NCBI GenBank assembly: GCA_963769025.1
Contig: CAVYKI010000009.1
Span: 832,001-896,000, forward strand
Length of the DNA: 64,000 nucleotides
Direction of reading: 5' to 3'
Origin: an uncultured Verrucomicrobiae bacterium
GTDB taxonomy: Bacteria; Verrucomicrobiota; Verrucomicrobiia; Chthoniobacterales; Chthoniobacteraceae
Of the stretch, positions 29,798-39,900 are shown one piece after another. Numbering within the stretch: the stretch's first letter is position 1; every line of letters begins with the position of its first letter. The position numbers and the translations under genes were made by a program. The notes under the pieces are model-generated. The model searched no databases and was not told where the DNA came from. It saw only the letters and a program-made list of their open reading frames with translations.

Positions 29798-29971
29798 ATG
29801 GCACGCGACTTCATCATCCTCGAATGCACGGAGGCAAAGGCGGAGGGAAAACCCGTTTCCCGCTACATCTCCAAGCGCAACAAGAAGAGCCTCAACACAC
29901 CGAACCGGCTCGAGAAAAAGAAATACAACCCGAATCTGAAGCGCCGCACGCTTCACCGCGAAATCAAGTAA
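29798..29971 (+). CDS. rpmG: 50S ribosomal protein L33 (missing from the ORF track)
   Basis: Translated by hand: [49 protein letters not shown]. Confidence 0.96.
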   Translation: MARDFIILECTEAKAEGKPVSRYISKRNKKSLNTPNRLEKKKYNPNLKRRTLHREIK

Positions 29972-29972
29972 C

Positions 29973-30215
29973 ATGAGCCAGCCAAAAACACCCCAACGCC
30001 GCACCAATTTCCGCAAGGCCAACCGGTCGATGCCGCGCCGCCGAGTGGACATCGCCCTCGACGCCCTCGACTGGAAGAATCCGGAGCTGCTCAAGCGCTA
30101 CGTAACCGAGGCGGGCAAGATCCTGCCCCGTCGCATGACCGGCGTACCTGCCCGCTTCCACCGCAAAATCAACAACGCCATCAAGCGTGCCCGGCAGGCG
30201 CTCCTGATGCGCTAA
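29973..30215 (+). CDS. rpsR: 30S ribosomal protein S18
   Basis: LDWKNPELLKRYVTEAGKILPRRMTG..AIKRAR. Confidence 0.96.
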   Translation: MSQPKTPQRRTNFRKANRSMPRRRVDIALDALDWKNPELLKRYVTEAGKILPRRMTGVPARFHRKINNAIKRARQALLMR

Positions 30216-30241
30216 GGCGAAGGCTCTCGGGCCCGGCTTTC

Positions 30242-30280
30242 AAGGCGCGCCACCGACCCGGTGGCGCGCTTTCGCTTTTT
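30242..30280 (+). terminator. Intrinsic terminator after rpsR
   Basis: GCGCGCCACCG-acc-CGGTGGCGCGC followed by TTTCGCTTTTT. Confidence 0.75.
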
Positions 30281-30321
30281 GCAGCGGGACCGCATGCAAA
30301 CCGGGCGCGGGATTCCGTCCG

Positions 30322-33300
30322 CTATCTCGATCCGATCACGTTGGCGGGGCTGAAGCGCCGGACGCCAAGGATGCGGAATTTGTAAAACTGATCGAGCGTG
30401 GCGTCGGGTTGCGTGGCGAAATCGGGAATCGAAGGATCGCCGGTGTCCACGTAACGCTCGATCGCGGCAGAGCCCCGGTATTCGGCGGCGACGCTATCCG
30501 ATTCCTCGTTCCACACATTCTGGCCGGAGGGGTTGGAGGTCTTTCGCTTTTTCAAAACCTGCACGCGCATGTGGACGGTGAAGGAATTCGATTTGGTGGT
30601 GACGCGCGAGTAGATATGGCCGTAGGGAACTTCGCGCGCATTGTCACCGGTCAGGGCATAGCCGTTCCACCAGCCGCTGCGGAACTGGGCGAGCGTGATG
30701 CCCGCCGGCACAAGCGGCATGTCGCAGATTTCGGACGCGGTGCGGAACATGCCGCCCTTGCCAGGATCGTCGAAGCGCTCGTCGAATGCCTTGAGCGTCT
30801 CCGTGGCATCCACCTGCTTGCGGAGGACTGCATTGTAGGCGGACTTGTAGGTGCTCATCGCTCCATTCGGAATGGCGGTGATACGGACGGACTTGAGCAC
30901 GCCGTGGAGCGCGGTGGCGCGCTTGATGTAGGTGAACGGCGCGATCTGGCAGTTGAGGTTCACCTTGCCCGCAGTGGAGAATGGCTCGCTGATCGCGTAC
31001 GGCTCGACGACCGGCATGGTGAAAAAATCGAGGAACGCGTGGTCGTGCGGTTTGGTGAAGCCGGGATGCGATGCGCCCGCAGAGGGGTTTGCACCGAAGA
31101 GCAGGGTCCGCCATGGCTGCACGGGATTCGTCGCGGACCCGGCGGGGAGCGAACCAAAGACGACTGGCGAATTGATCTGGCGGTTCGGAGTGACGATGGG
31201 GGATGCCCACCAGTCGCCGCTGCCGTAGTAGTCGTCCGGCTTGTTTACATAACAACCATCCTGCCAGCCGGCGGGGCCGTTGTCCCAGTCGCCCAGATAG
31301 AGAGATGCGCCGTTCGACAACAGGGCGACCTTCGTTCCGCGCGCAACGATGGGATTGCCGGAACTGGCCGCGGGGGTGCCCGCACGTCCGTCAAAAAGAT
31401 CCCCGTGAAATTTCCCGCCGGTGACGGTCCCGCCATCACCGTTGCGCAGGCTGTGGACGATGGTGGCGTCGGAGGAATTGTAGCCAGGCCCATCCGCGCC
31501 GCCCTCGTATCCGGCATAGAAATTCGAAGGTACGATCTTTTGCGCGGTGACGATGCGGAGGTCGCCACGGGTGGGGCCCTTTGGATCCACCTGGAGGCTG
31601 CGCACGGTATCAGCGGTGTTGACGAGGTTGAACTTATTGGTGCCGATCCGGTTGTTGAAATCCGCATCCGCATCGGAATACCGAGGGACCGGCCAGGTAC
31701 CCGCGGGGAATCGGAGATTGACCGTCTGTACCAGTGTGTCGGCGCCCGGTGCGGTAGCGTAACCGGAGTGGATTTCGATCGTGACGTCGCCACCGCCAAA
31801 CTGAAACTTCCCCGAGTTCAGCTCCGGATTGATCGGAATGTCGTCGCTGACAAACGGGTAGTCCTTTTCCTCGTCAAACGTGACCGTGCCGGAAGGCTGG
31901 ATTTTCTTGGTATTGTCGCTCCCCGTGCCGGCCCAGTACCGGAACGCGGCAAAGGTCCCGGTGTGGGCGGTGTTGTGCGCGCCACCGCTGCCATAGCCGC
32001 ACCGGGACGTGACAAGGTTCGTGAGATTGTCGCGGAATACATTGCTCGCGCTGTTGATTACCATCCGGTTCATGCCTTTCACCACGTAGCGCACGAGCGG
32101 GCTCCACGTCCACGATGCCGCCGTCGGGCTGAACGGCTCCAGCACGAGCGCGACGCGCATCTGGTCCGGCTTACCATCCCGCTGGCTCGACGCGTAAAAG
32201 ACGAGCATGGCCTCGGTGATCGTCGGGAATCGCCCGAATCCTTTCGAACCTCCACCGGGAGTGCCCGCCGGCGGCACGAGCGGGACGATCTGCGTCTCGC
32301 CACTCACCGCATCCGGCATCTGGCGGGCCGGCGCGTACTCGTAACGCGGCGGGACACTCGGGTCGGCCGCGTAGGCATTCGTTCCCATGCGGATAAGGTC
32401 CACCATCGACGTGAGGATCTGGTCGCGCTGTGCGGCGGGATACTTCGTCACCAGCTTGCCGCTGAGGCCCGGCAGACTCTGCTCGGTGAGCCGCTGGAGA
32501 TACGAATAGAGCTTTTGATTGCGATCAATTTGCCAGTCGAGCGTGGGCCGCTGGCTGCTCGGCGGCGCATAGCCGTACTGCGGCAACTGCTGGAATGGAA
32601 CGGCAGGGTGAGCGATGCGGTTGTTCACCGGATCGCGCATGTAAACGCTGTAGCGCTGGAAGAAAAACGGGAAGCCGTTCACCGTGCCGCAGAATGCAAG
32701 CAGCTTGTCCTTCGCGTTCCGGGGATTGACGGGCGTGCTGAATTTTCCGCCGTTCGGATCCGTCGCCTGCTGGAGTTGCCAGAGCAGCACGCGCGGTCCG
32801 TTGAAGACCGTCACCTCGGCACACCGCGCGCTCGCCGTCAGGAAAAATCGCGAACGTTCGAGATCCGTCGCCTGAATGCGCCCCTGCGTGGAGCGATTCC
32901 CGTTCGCGTCCTTCAGGGTCGGATCAAACGCCAGTTCGTCCACGCTCGCGTAGAGCCGGTCCGCGTCCACGGTGACAGGCGCCGCGGGTGATCCCGAATA
33001 ATAGCTGGCGAGAGTCCCGCCCTTCGTGCCGCCGGCGGTGATGCGCGGAATCATCGCGTAATAAGGCGCCAGCTTGCTGTCATGGTCCGCCGTAGTCATC
33101 GTGTCGCCCGTGGGCACCAGATAGCCGGGCAGATGTCCGAAGACGGGGCTCAGGCTCGTCATCGCAGGATGGCCGGGGTAGCGCTGGTACTCGCCCTTCA
33201 CGGGAACGCGATCCCGGAGCTGATTCTCCCCGTACGGCGACGTCGTCACATCACCCACCGCCCACGCGCGATCCCAATACGTCCCTTCGCTGTTGACGTT

Positions 33301-34254
33301 GATGTTCAGCTTCGAAGTCTCGTCATCCGTCCAGAATGCGATGCGTCCAACGATGGGATTATCCGCCGTCGGCCGGTTCGGGTCGCCGGCCGCGAGGTTC
33401 GCCCAGTTTGCCTGCAATCCGCCGTTCCCGACACCGGTTGGTGACGTGAGGCGCCCGTCCCGCAAGACATACATCCACTGCACGGGCATCGGCGCAGGAT
33501 TGCCGGTGTAGCCCGGTTGTGCCGATATGGTGGGATCATAATTCGGAGCAATGACCGGCCGCCCGCCGCTCTGCGGACCGCCAAAGCCGGGCACACGATT
33601 CAGGTCGAATCCGCCCACGCCGTCCTGCGCCTTCGCCGCACCGCCCGTGGGCGAAAGTCCCATCGGATCGAGAATCGGATATTTCGCCGTCGCCGTCTGC
33701 GTGCTGCCGGGAAAAGTGATCTTCCCGTTTGGGTCGGAGACGAGCAGAGGCGCGTTCAGATCGCTGTAGAGAGCCGGCTTCGCGAACCATGTGTCAGGCA
33801 CCTCCACGAACTGCTGCGTGGACGCCACCCACTCCGCTCCCGGCCGCGTGACCATCGTCGCCGAGGAGTACAGCTTGAATGCACGCCCCACATTTCCATT
33901 CTCGTCATAAGTCCGGATCATCCCCGGCTGCGTGGAATACGTCAGCCGTGCGCCCCCGCCCTTCCCCGTCGGGGTCGCCGCAGGGACCTGCCAGCTTTTC
34001 GTCGCATCGGAAATCTGCCCGATGACCACGTTCGTCGCGAGATCCCCGAGTTGTCTCGCTGTCACCCCCGCCTCGTACCCAGCCACCTCGCGCCGCACAC
34101 TCGACGAAGATCCAAAAAAACCGACGACGAGCGCGGCGATGAGGATCACAAAGGACAGGACAAGCATGAGTGCCACTCCTCGTTGGGAGTCGGGCAGGAT
34201 GGGGACGAAACCGCGCACGGGCGGCAAATTCACACGTGCCACCGTACCCCACAA
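30322..34254 (-). CDS. vccA: Verru_Chthon cassette protein A (PilX/GspK-like N-terminus); true start probably 34218-34254
   Basis: RG|VALMLVL prepilin-like start; GRIAFWTDDETSKLNIN, EYQRYPGHPA, KGFGRFPTI, PNRQINSP..FGSLP, MPVVEPYAISEPFSTAGKVNLN, LTGDN.RE.PY, EYRGS..IERY. Confidence 0.9.
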   Translation of the reverse strand: MWGTVARVNLPPVRGFVPILPDSQRGVALMLVLSFVILIAALVVGFFGSSSSVRREVAGYEAGVTARQLGDLATNVVIGQISDATKSWQVPAATPTGKGGGARLTYSTQPGMIRTYDENGNVGRAFKLYSSATMVTRPGAEWVASTQQFVEVPDTWFAKPALYSDLNAPLLVSDPNGKITFPGSTQTATAKYPILDPMGLSPTGGAAKAQDGVGGFDLNRVPGFGGPQSGGRPVIAPNYDPTISAQPGYTGNPAPMPVQWMYVLRDGRLTSPTGVGNGGLQANWANLAAGDPNRPTADNPIVGRIAFWTDDETSKLNINVNSEGTYWDRAWAVGDVTTSPYGENQLRDRVPVKGEYQRYPGHPAMTSLSPVFGHLPGYLVPTGDTMTTADHDSKLAPYYAMIPRITAGGTKGGTLASYYSGSPAAPVTVDADRLYASVDELAFDPTLKDANGNRSTQGRIQATDLERSRFFLTASARCAEVTVFNGPRVLLWQLQQATDPNGGKFSTPVNPRNAKDKLLAFCGTVNGFPFFFQRYSVYMRDPVNNRIAHPAVPFQQLPQYGYAPPSSQRPTLDWQIDRNQKLYSYLQRLTEQSLPGLSGKLVTKYPAAQRDQILTSMVDLIRMGTNAYAADPSVPPRYEYAPARQMPDAVSGETQIVPLVPPAGTPGGGSKGFGRFPTITEAMLVFYASSQRDGKPDQMRVALVLEPFSPTAASWTWSPLVRYVVKGMNRMVINSASNVFRDNLTNLVTSRCGYGSGGAHNTAHTGTFAAFRYWAGTGSDNTKKIQPSGTVTFDEEKDYPFVSDDIPINPELNSGKFQFGGGDVTIEIHSGYATAPGADTLVQTVNLRFPAGTWPVPRYSDADADFNNRIGTNKFNLVNTADTVRSLQVDPKGPTRGDLRIVTAQKIVPSNFYAGYEGGADGPGYNSSDATIVHSLRNGDGGTVTGGKFHGDLFDGRAGTPAASSGNPIVARGTKVALLSNGASLYLGDWDNGPAGWQDGCYVNKPDDYYGSGDWWASPIVTPNRQINSPVVFGSLPAGSATNPVQPWRTLLFGANPSAGASHPGFTKPHDHAFLDFFTMPVVEPYAISEPFSTAGKVNLNCQIAPFTYIKRATALHGVLKSVRITAIPNGAMSTYKSAYNAVLRKQVDATETLKAFDERFDDPGKGGMFRTASEICDMPLVPAGITLAQFRSGWWNGYALTGDNAREVPYGHIYSRVTTKSNSFTVHMRVQVLKKRKTSNPSGQNVWNEESDSVAAEYRGSAAIERYVDTGDPSIPDFATQPDATLDQFYKFRILGVRRFSPANVIGSR

Positions 34255-34420
34255 GCCCGCATATCTCCCATACTCGACGGTCCGAATGCGGCTCGAATGC
34301 TTTTCACGGCGGTTTCAGTTTGATTTCCGCCTTCCGAAAATCGGTCATCGCGGGCGCCCTTCAGGGTAAACGGACACCCGGCAAACGTCCGACCCCACTC
34401 ATGAGCACATCGCCCGCAGA

Positions 34421-34894
34421 TCAGATTTCGGTGCGCGGGAGCAAAAGGCTGAGCAACATCCCGTAAAAATCGATCTGCATGATGGCAAATCTCTTTGCGC
34501 CGCTGTGTCTGCGACGGCCCGCCGTGTCATCCTCCGTCACGCCATGCCGCGCACCGAGCGCCAGGCGGGCTTGGTTGAGCGTGTGAACCCAAGCGCGCGC
34601 ATTTTCAAGTCCCAGCTTTAGCGTAAATTCATCTCCTTCTCTGTGAATGGTAGCAATATCAGACGAGACGATATCCAGATGACTTTGGAAAAGCTCGTGC
34701 AATTCAGGTTCGATCTCCTCGGCCCATTCGCTGTCCGCCTGCGGGTCGGCACCGCCGGTGAGGGAACCGAAAATGCGCTTCCGCGCCGCGTCGTCATCAG
34801 TCGCCGCGCAGGCCGGCAACTCCCGGAGCAAATCCACGATGAGCGGATCCATGTCCTCGAACACCCATCCGTCATCGGTCGTTCGGACTTCCAT
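34421..34894 (-). CDS. DUF2017-like protein
   Basis: EW.E.IEPEL, AWVHTLNQARLALG.RHGVTE; directly downstream of clpS, the usual context. Confidence 0.72.
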   Translation of the reverse strand: MEVRTTDDGWVFEDMDPLIVDLLRELPACAATDDDAARKRIFGSLTGGADPQADSEWAEEIEPELHELFQSHLDIVSSDIATIHREGDEFTLKLGLENARAWVHTLNQARLALGARHGVTEDDTAGRRRHSGAKRFAIMQIDFYGMLLSLLLPRTEI

Positions 34895-34897
34895 CGG

Positions 34898-35203
34898 TCA
34901 GTGGGATTTTTCAAGCGTGGTGAGGAGCAGATAGGCGTGCAACTGCTGGACGTACAGTTCCCCCCGCTCGCGCGAGCCGGTCCATACGATGGAACGGCCC
35001 TTTTGGTGGACTTCCAGCATGTGGATTTCGGCCTTCTGGCGCGAAAATCCCAACACCGTCATAAATACCTTCGTGACGTATTCCATGAGGTTGATCGGGT
35101 CGTTATGGACGACGACATTCCACGGGGTGTCGAGCGCCTCCTCGGTGAGCGTCTCCTCCTCGGTCAGCACATCGCCACCCGGACCACCGAATACAGGCTT
35201 CAT
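34898..35203 (-). CDS. clpS: ATP-dependent Clp protease adaptor ClpS
   Basis: WNVVVHNDPINLMEYV, MLEVHQKGRSIV, LHAYLL. Confidence 0.93.
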   Translation of the reverse strand: MKPVFGGPGGDVLTEEETLTEEALDTPWNVVVHNDPINLMEYVTKVFMTVLGFSRQKAEIHMLEVHQKGRSIVWTGSRERGELYVQQLHAYLLLTTLEKSH

Positions 35204-35242
35204 TCCGCGGATGTGCAGCATGAACTCAGCCCTCGCTTCCCA

Positions 35243-36376
35243 TCAACGCGTGCCCGCGGGCGCCGGGACAATGATGGCCGTCGGCGGGGTGCCCGGTGCG
35301 GTCGCAGGCGGGATCGCCGTCGGCGGCGCGACGGTGCCGCCATTGAGAATTGAAGCAGCCGGCGTCCCGGTGACACCTGCGGCGATTGCCTCCAAGTGCG
35401 CAATCCAGTTCGCCCCCTCGGGATGCTGCGGGTAGGCCTTGATCAGGTTATACATCTCGGTAATGGCACGGTTGCGCTGGCCGATGAGCAGGAGATCCTG
35501 CGCGCGCGACCACATCAGCGATGGGCGCTTTATCTGGCTCCACTGCTTTTCCTCATAGTCGGGAATCCCGGGGTAAATGTTCTCCTGTCCCTTCCGGATC
35601 ATCATGTCCCAATAATCGAGCAGCCGCGGATCCTTCGTCGCGCGGAATTCCGGGAGGATGATCGCGTTGTAGATCCCGTTCACGTTGCCGGGCACCAGTT
35701 CCCAACCGCCGCCCTCCCCGTCCTCGCCCCTCTTCTTTCGCTTGCCCACATCGCCGACCAGATCCGCGATCTGCAGCCGCTTCGCGACGGGGCTGCCGGT
35801 GACGGACGTCCTCAGGATGCTGTCGTGAAGTTTCTTCGCGTTCGTGTCCTCGGAGAGGGACTTGTTGGGCGTGCCGGGGCGCTTCGCCGCCTTGGCCTTG
35901 TCGATTTGGTCGGCGACTTTGCTGATGCCGGCTTCGTCCGCTTCGAGCTGCTTGGTGAAATCGATGATGTTGGGCAGCAGTTGCTTGGTCTCCGCCCCGG
36001 CTGCGTGCTGCATGGTGAGCCCGAGCCAGACGAGGTGCAGGCGGGCGGCATTGGCGCATTCCTTGACCTTCAGTCCCTCGCCTTCCCCCTGCTTCCAGTC
36101 GCGCACGGCCTGCGTCTGATGATCTACGCCGGCAAACTGCACCGCCAGCACGGCATCCGCCCAGAACGCGGCGGCCTTTTCATTCGATGCCGCCGCTGCC
36201 GCGATCTGCTGGTATGCGCCGTTGCGGCGAGTTTTCAGGCCCATCTCGTTCGCCTCCTTGAACTGCCGCAGCCCCAGCAGGAGCTGCTTCATATCCACGG
36301 GCGGCGCGTCGTTGAGTTGGGAAAATGCAGGCACAGCCAGCGAGGCGACGAGCAGGGGGACGAGGGAGCGTTTCAT
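35243..36376 (-). CDS. Secreted alpha-helical hypothetical protein with Pro/Thr-rich C-tail
   Basis: Signal peptide, intact 377-aa ORF with coding bias, co-oriented between ybeY and clpS. Confidence 0.75.
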   Translation of the reverse strand: MKRSLVPLLVASLAVPAFSQLNDAPPVDMKQLLLGLRQFKEANEMGLKTRRNGAYQQIAAAAASNEKAAAFWADAVLAVQFAGVDHQTQAVRDWKQGEGEGLKVKECANAARLHLVWLGLTMQHAAGAETKQLLPNIIDFTKQLEADEAGISKVADQIDKAKAAKRPGTPNKSLSEDTNAKKLHDSILRTSVTGSPVAKRLQIADLVGDVGKRKKRGEDGEGGGWELVPGNVNGIYNAIILPEFRATKDPRLLDYWDMMIRKGQENIYPGIPDYEEKQWSQIKRPSLMWSRAQDLLLIGQRNRAITEMYNLIKAYPQHPEGANWIAHLEAIAAGVTGTPAASILNGGTVAPPTAIPPATAPGTPPTAIIVPAPAGTR

Positions 36377-36391
36377 GGGAGTGGAGACAAA

Positions 36392-36871
36392 TTACAGCGC
36401 TTTGCGCCGGACTTTGCACGGCAGATTTTCCGCCACCGGCGGCGCATTTGCAAGGATGCGCCGCCAGATCCGGTTTTGGACACGGTGCATCGTTGCGCGG
36501 TCGCGCGATGCGATGTCGTCATGCCCATTCAGGTGCAGCAACCCGTGGATGATGTAGAGCGCGAGTTCCTCCACCACCCCGTGTCCGTGCTCGTTTGCCT
36601 GGACTTGCGCCGTGTCCGCGCTCACGACGATTTCGCCGTGGTCGAAAGTGATGACATCCGTCGCGCCCGGCACGCCCATGAATTGCCGGTGCACGCGCGC
36701 GATGACCGCATCGCTCACCACGGCCACCTCGATCACCGGCGATTTTTGCAGGCGGAAGAGCCCGTCGCCCGACTCGTTCATGCACGCCGCGAGCGACAGC
36801 TCCGAGATTCTCCGGAGCCGCTGCATGTCGAAGCGGACCCGCCGCTGGCGGTTGACGAGAGTGATTTGCAC
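36392..36871 (-). CDS. ybeY: rRNA maturation factor YbeY (start uncertain)
   Basis: ATDVITF, GEIVVS.DTA, ELALYIIHGLLHLNGHDD. Confidence 0.92.
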   Translation of the reverse strand: MQITLVNRQRRVRFDMQRLRRISELSLAACMNESGDGLFRLQKSPVIEVAVVSDAVIARVHRQFMGVPGATDVITFDHGEIVVSADTAQVQANEHGHGVVEELALYIIHGLLHLNGHDDIASRDRATMHRVQNRIWRRILANAPPVAENLPCKVRRKAL

Positions 36872-36974
36872 GCCGCGGAGACTGTCAGTTCGCGCCGCAA
36901 CCGCCAGCCCGTTTGCGAATACGGCGCTGGCAATACCCAAGAACATTGGCAAAGTGGGATTCGATAGACTGACC

Positions 36975-39900
36975 ATGCGAATCATCCCTTTTGCGATCCT
37001 CCTGACGCCCTTCGCCTCACTCGCCGCCGAGAGCAGCGGGGACGCTTTTTTTAAGGAAAAGGTGCAACCCATCCTCACGCAGCACTGCTTCAAATGTCAC
37101 AGCCACGGCGAAAAGATGAAGGGCAACCTCGTCGTGGATTCCCGCGATGGCCTGCTCACGGGCGGCGACACGGGGCCGGCCGTCGTGCCGGGCGATCCGG
37201 CGAAGAGCCTGCTGATCGAAGCGGTCACCTATAAGAATACGGATCTCCAAATGCCGCCCAAGGGCGAGAAACTCAGCGACGCGCAAGTCGCGACGCTGAC
37301 GGAATGGGTGAAGCTCGGCGCGCCGTGGCCGGAAGCGCCGGGGCAGAAGATGAAGCCGCGCCCGAAGGGAAAAATCTCGGATGAGGACCGCCAGTGGTGG
37401 GCGTTCAAGCCCGTCGCGAAAATCGAGCCTCCGCCTGCGGGCAAATGGGGTGTGAATGAAATCGATCGGTTCATTTTCGCGAAACTCGAAGCGGCGAAAC
37501 TCAAGCCCGCACCGCCGGCAGACAAGACGGCGCTGGTCCGCCGCGTGTACTTCGATCTCATCGGTCTGCCGCCGACGCCCGAGGAGGCCGCCGCATTTGT
37601 CGCGGACACTTCGCCTGATGCGTATGCAAAACTCGTGGACAAGCTCCTCGCCAGCCCGCGCCACGGCGAACGCTGGGCGCGGCACTGGCTGGACCTCGTG
37701 CGTTACGCGGAGAGCGACGGGTACCGCGCCGACGACTATCGCCCGAACGCATGGCGCTACCGCGACTACGTCATCGCGAGCATCAATGCCGACAAGCCCT
37801 ACGATCGCTTCGTGCAGGAGCAGCTCGCGGGCGACGAACTCTGGCCGGACAGTCCCGAGGCGCGCATCGCCACCGGCTACCTCACGCTCGGCATCTACGA
37901 GTACAACAACCGCGATGCGGCCGGCCAGTGGAGCAACATGATCAACGACATCACCGACACGACCGCGGATGTCTTCATGGGCATGGGCGTGCAATGTGCG
38001 CGCTGCCACGACCACAAGTTCGATCCCATTTTGCAAAAGGACTACTTCCGCCTCCAGGCGTTCTTCGCACCGATACGGCTGTTGCAGGAAGGCGAGGTGG
38101 CGACGAAGGAGCAACGCCAGGCTTACGAGGAAAAGCTCGCCGCATGGCAGGCGAAGACCGCGGATCTGCGCGCGCAAATCGATGAGATCGAAGCGCCCGT
38201 CCGCGCCCACACGCAGAAGGACGCGGTCACCAAATTCCCGCCGGAAACCCAGGCGATCATCGCCAAGCCCGCCGCGGAGCGCACTCCGTACGAGCAACAG
38301 ATCGTCGATTTGGCGTGGCGGCAGGTGGACTACGAGTACTCGGACAAGCGCTTCGAGGCGCGCGTGAAGGAGCCCGCGAAAACCGCGCGCAACGCGCTCA
38401 TCGCCGAGCTGAACAAATTCCGCGCGGAGAAACCCGAACCGCTGCCGCGCGCGCCCATCGCCACCGATGTCGGCCCGGCGGCGTCGCCCGTGGTCGTTCC
38501 GAAAAAGAAGGCGCTCGGGGAAATTGCGCCCGGCTTCCTCACCGTGCTCGACGAGAGTCCGGCAAAAATTTCGCCCCTGCCCCACAGCACCGGCCGCCGC
38601 ACAGCGCTCGCGCACTGGCTCACGCAGCCGGAGAATCCGCTCACCGCGCGCGTCATCGTCAACCGCGTGTGGCAATATCACTTCGGCCACGGCCTCGCCG
38701 TGAACGCCAGCGACTTCGGCACGCTCGGCGAAAAGCCCTCGCACCCCGAACTGCTCGACTGGCTCACGCGCTGGTTCACGGACAACGGCTGGAGCCTGAA
38801 AAAACTCCACCGCCTCATCGTCACCAGTGCGACCTTCACGCAGTCCGCCGCGAGCCCGATCGCAGCGCAGGCGAAGCTGGCGGATCCGGAAAACCGGCTG
38901 CTCTGGCACATCCCGACGCGCCGTCTCGATGCCGAGGAAATCCGCGACGCGATCCTTTCGGTCACCGGCGAAATCGAATTCCCCGCAGGCGGCCCAGGGC
39001 TCGAGCCGGAGCGGCACGCGCGCACCATCTACAGCAAGCTCCGCCGCAACAACCGCGACGCCGTGCTCGAGGTCTTCGACCAGCCCGAGGGCTTTTCCAG
39101 CATCTCGCAGCGCAACGTCACGACCACGCCCACCCAGTCGCTGCTGATGATCAACAGCAAGTGGACGCTGGAGCGCGCGAAGGCCTTTGCCGCGCGGCTG
39201 CGAAAGGAGAACTCCACGGAGGAAAAGGAAATCCTCACCGACGCTTTCCGCCTGTGCTATGGCCGTGAGCCGGGCCCCGCGGTGCTCGATGCTGCACGGA
39301 AATTCATCGAGCAGCAGGCAAAGGAGCTCGGCGGCGACACCGTGAGTTCCGAGCCGCCCGCATTCATCTCGGAAAAAATGCAGACCCGTGAAGGCCGCGC
39401 AGCGCAGCTCGTGCCCGGTTCCGGCCAGGAGCGGCTCGCCGTGGCGCACGACCCGGCTTTCCCGCGGGGCGACTTCACCATCGAGGCATTCATCAATGTG
39501 AAGTCCGTCTATCCCACCGGCGCGGTGCGCACCATCGTCTCAAAGTGGGACGGCAACAAAGGGCACCCCGGCTGGTCGCTGGGCGTCACCGGCGCAGGCT
39601 CGCGGAACAAGCCGCAGACGCTCGTGCTCCAGCTCTGCGGCGACAAGCCATGGAAGCCGACCGATCCCGTCGAGCCGATTTTCTCCGGGCTCCATATCGA
39701 TATCGGCAAGCCGTACTTCGTCGCCGTCGCCGTGAATCTCGACGACGCCACGGAAAAGGGAATCACCTTCTACGCAAAGGATCTCACCAACGACGACGAG
39801 CCGATGCAATCCGTGCAGCTCGCGCACACCGTCACCAGCGGCATCGCCAACGAAGTGCCGATCGTCATCGGCGGCCAGCCCACCGGCGGAGGGAATCTGT

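Noticed and set aside
34221..34245. Sigma54 promoter for vccA (TGGCAC..TTGC on minus)
   Set aside because: GG-to-GC spacing is not the required 10 nt
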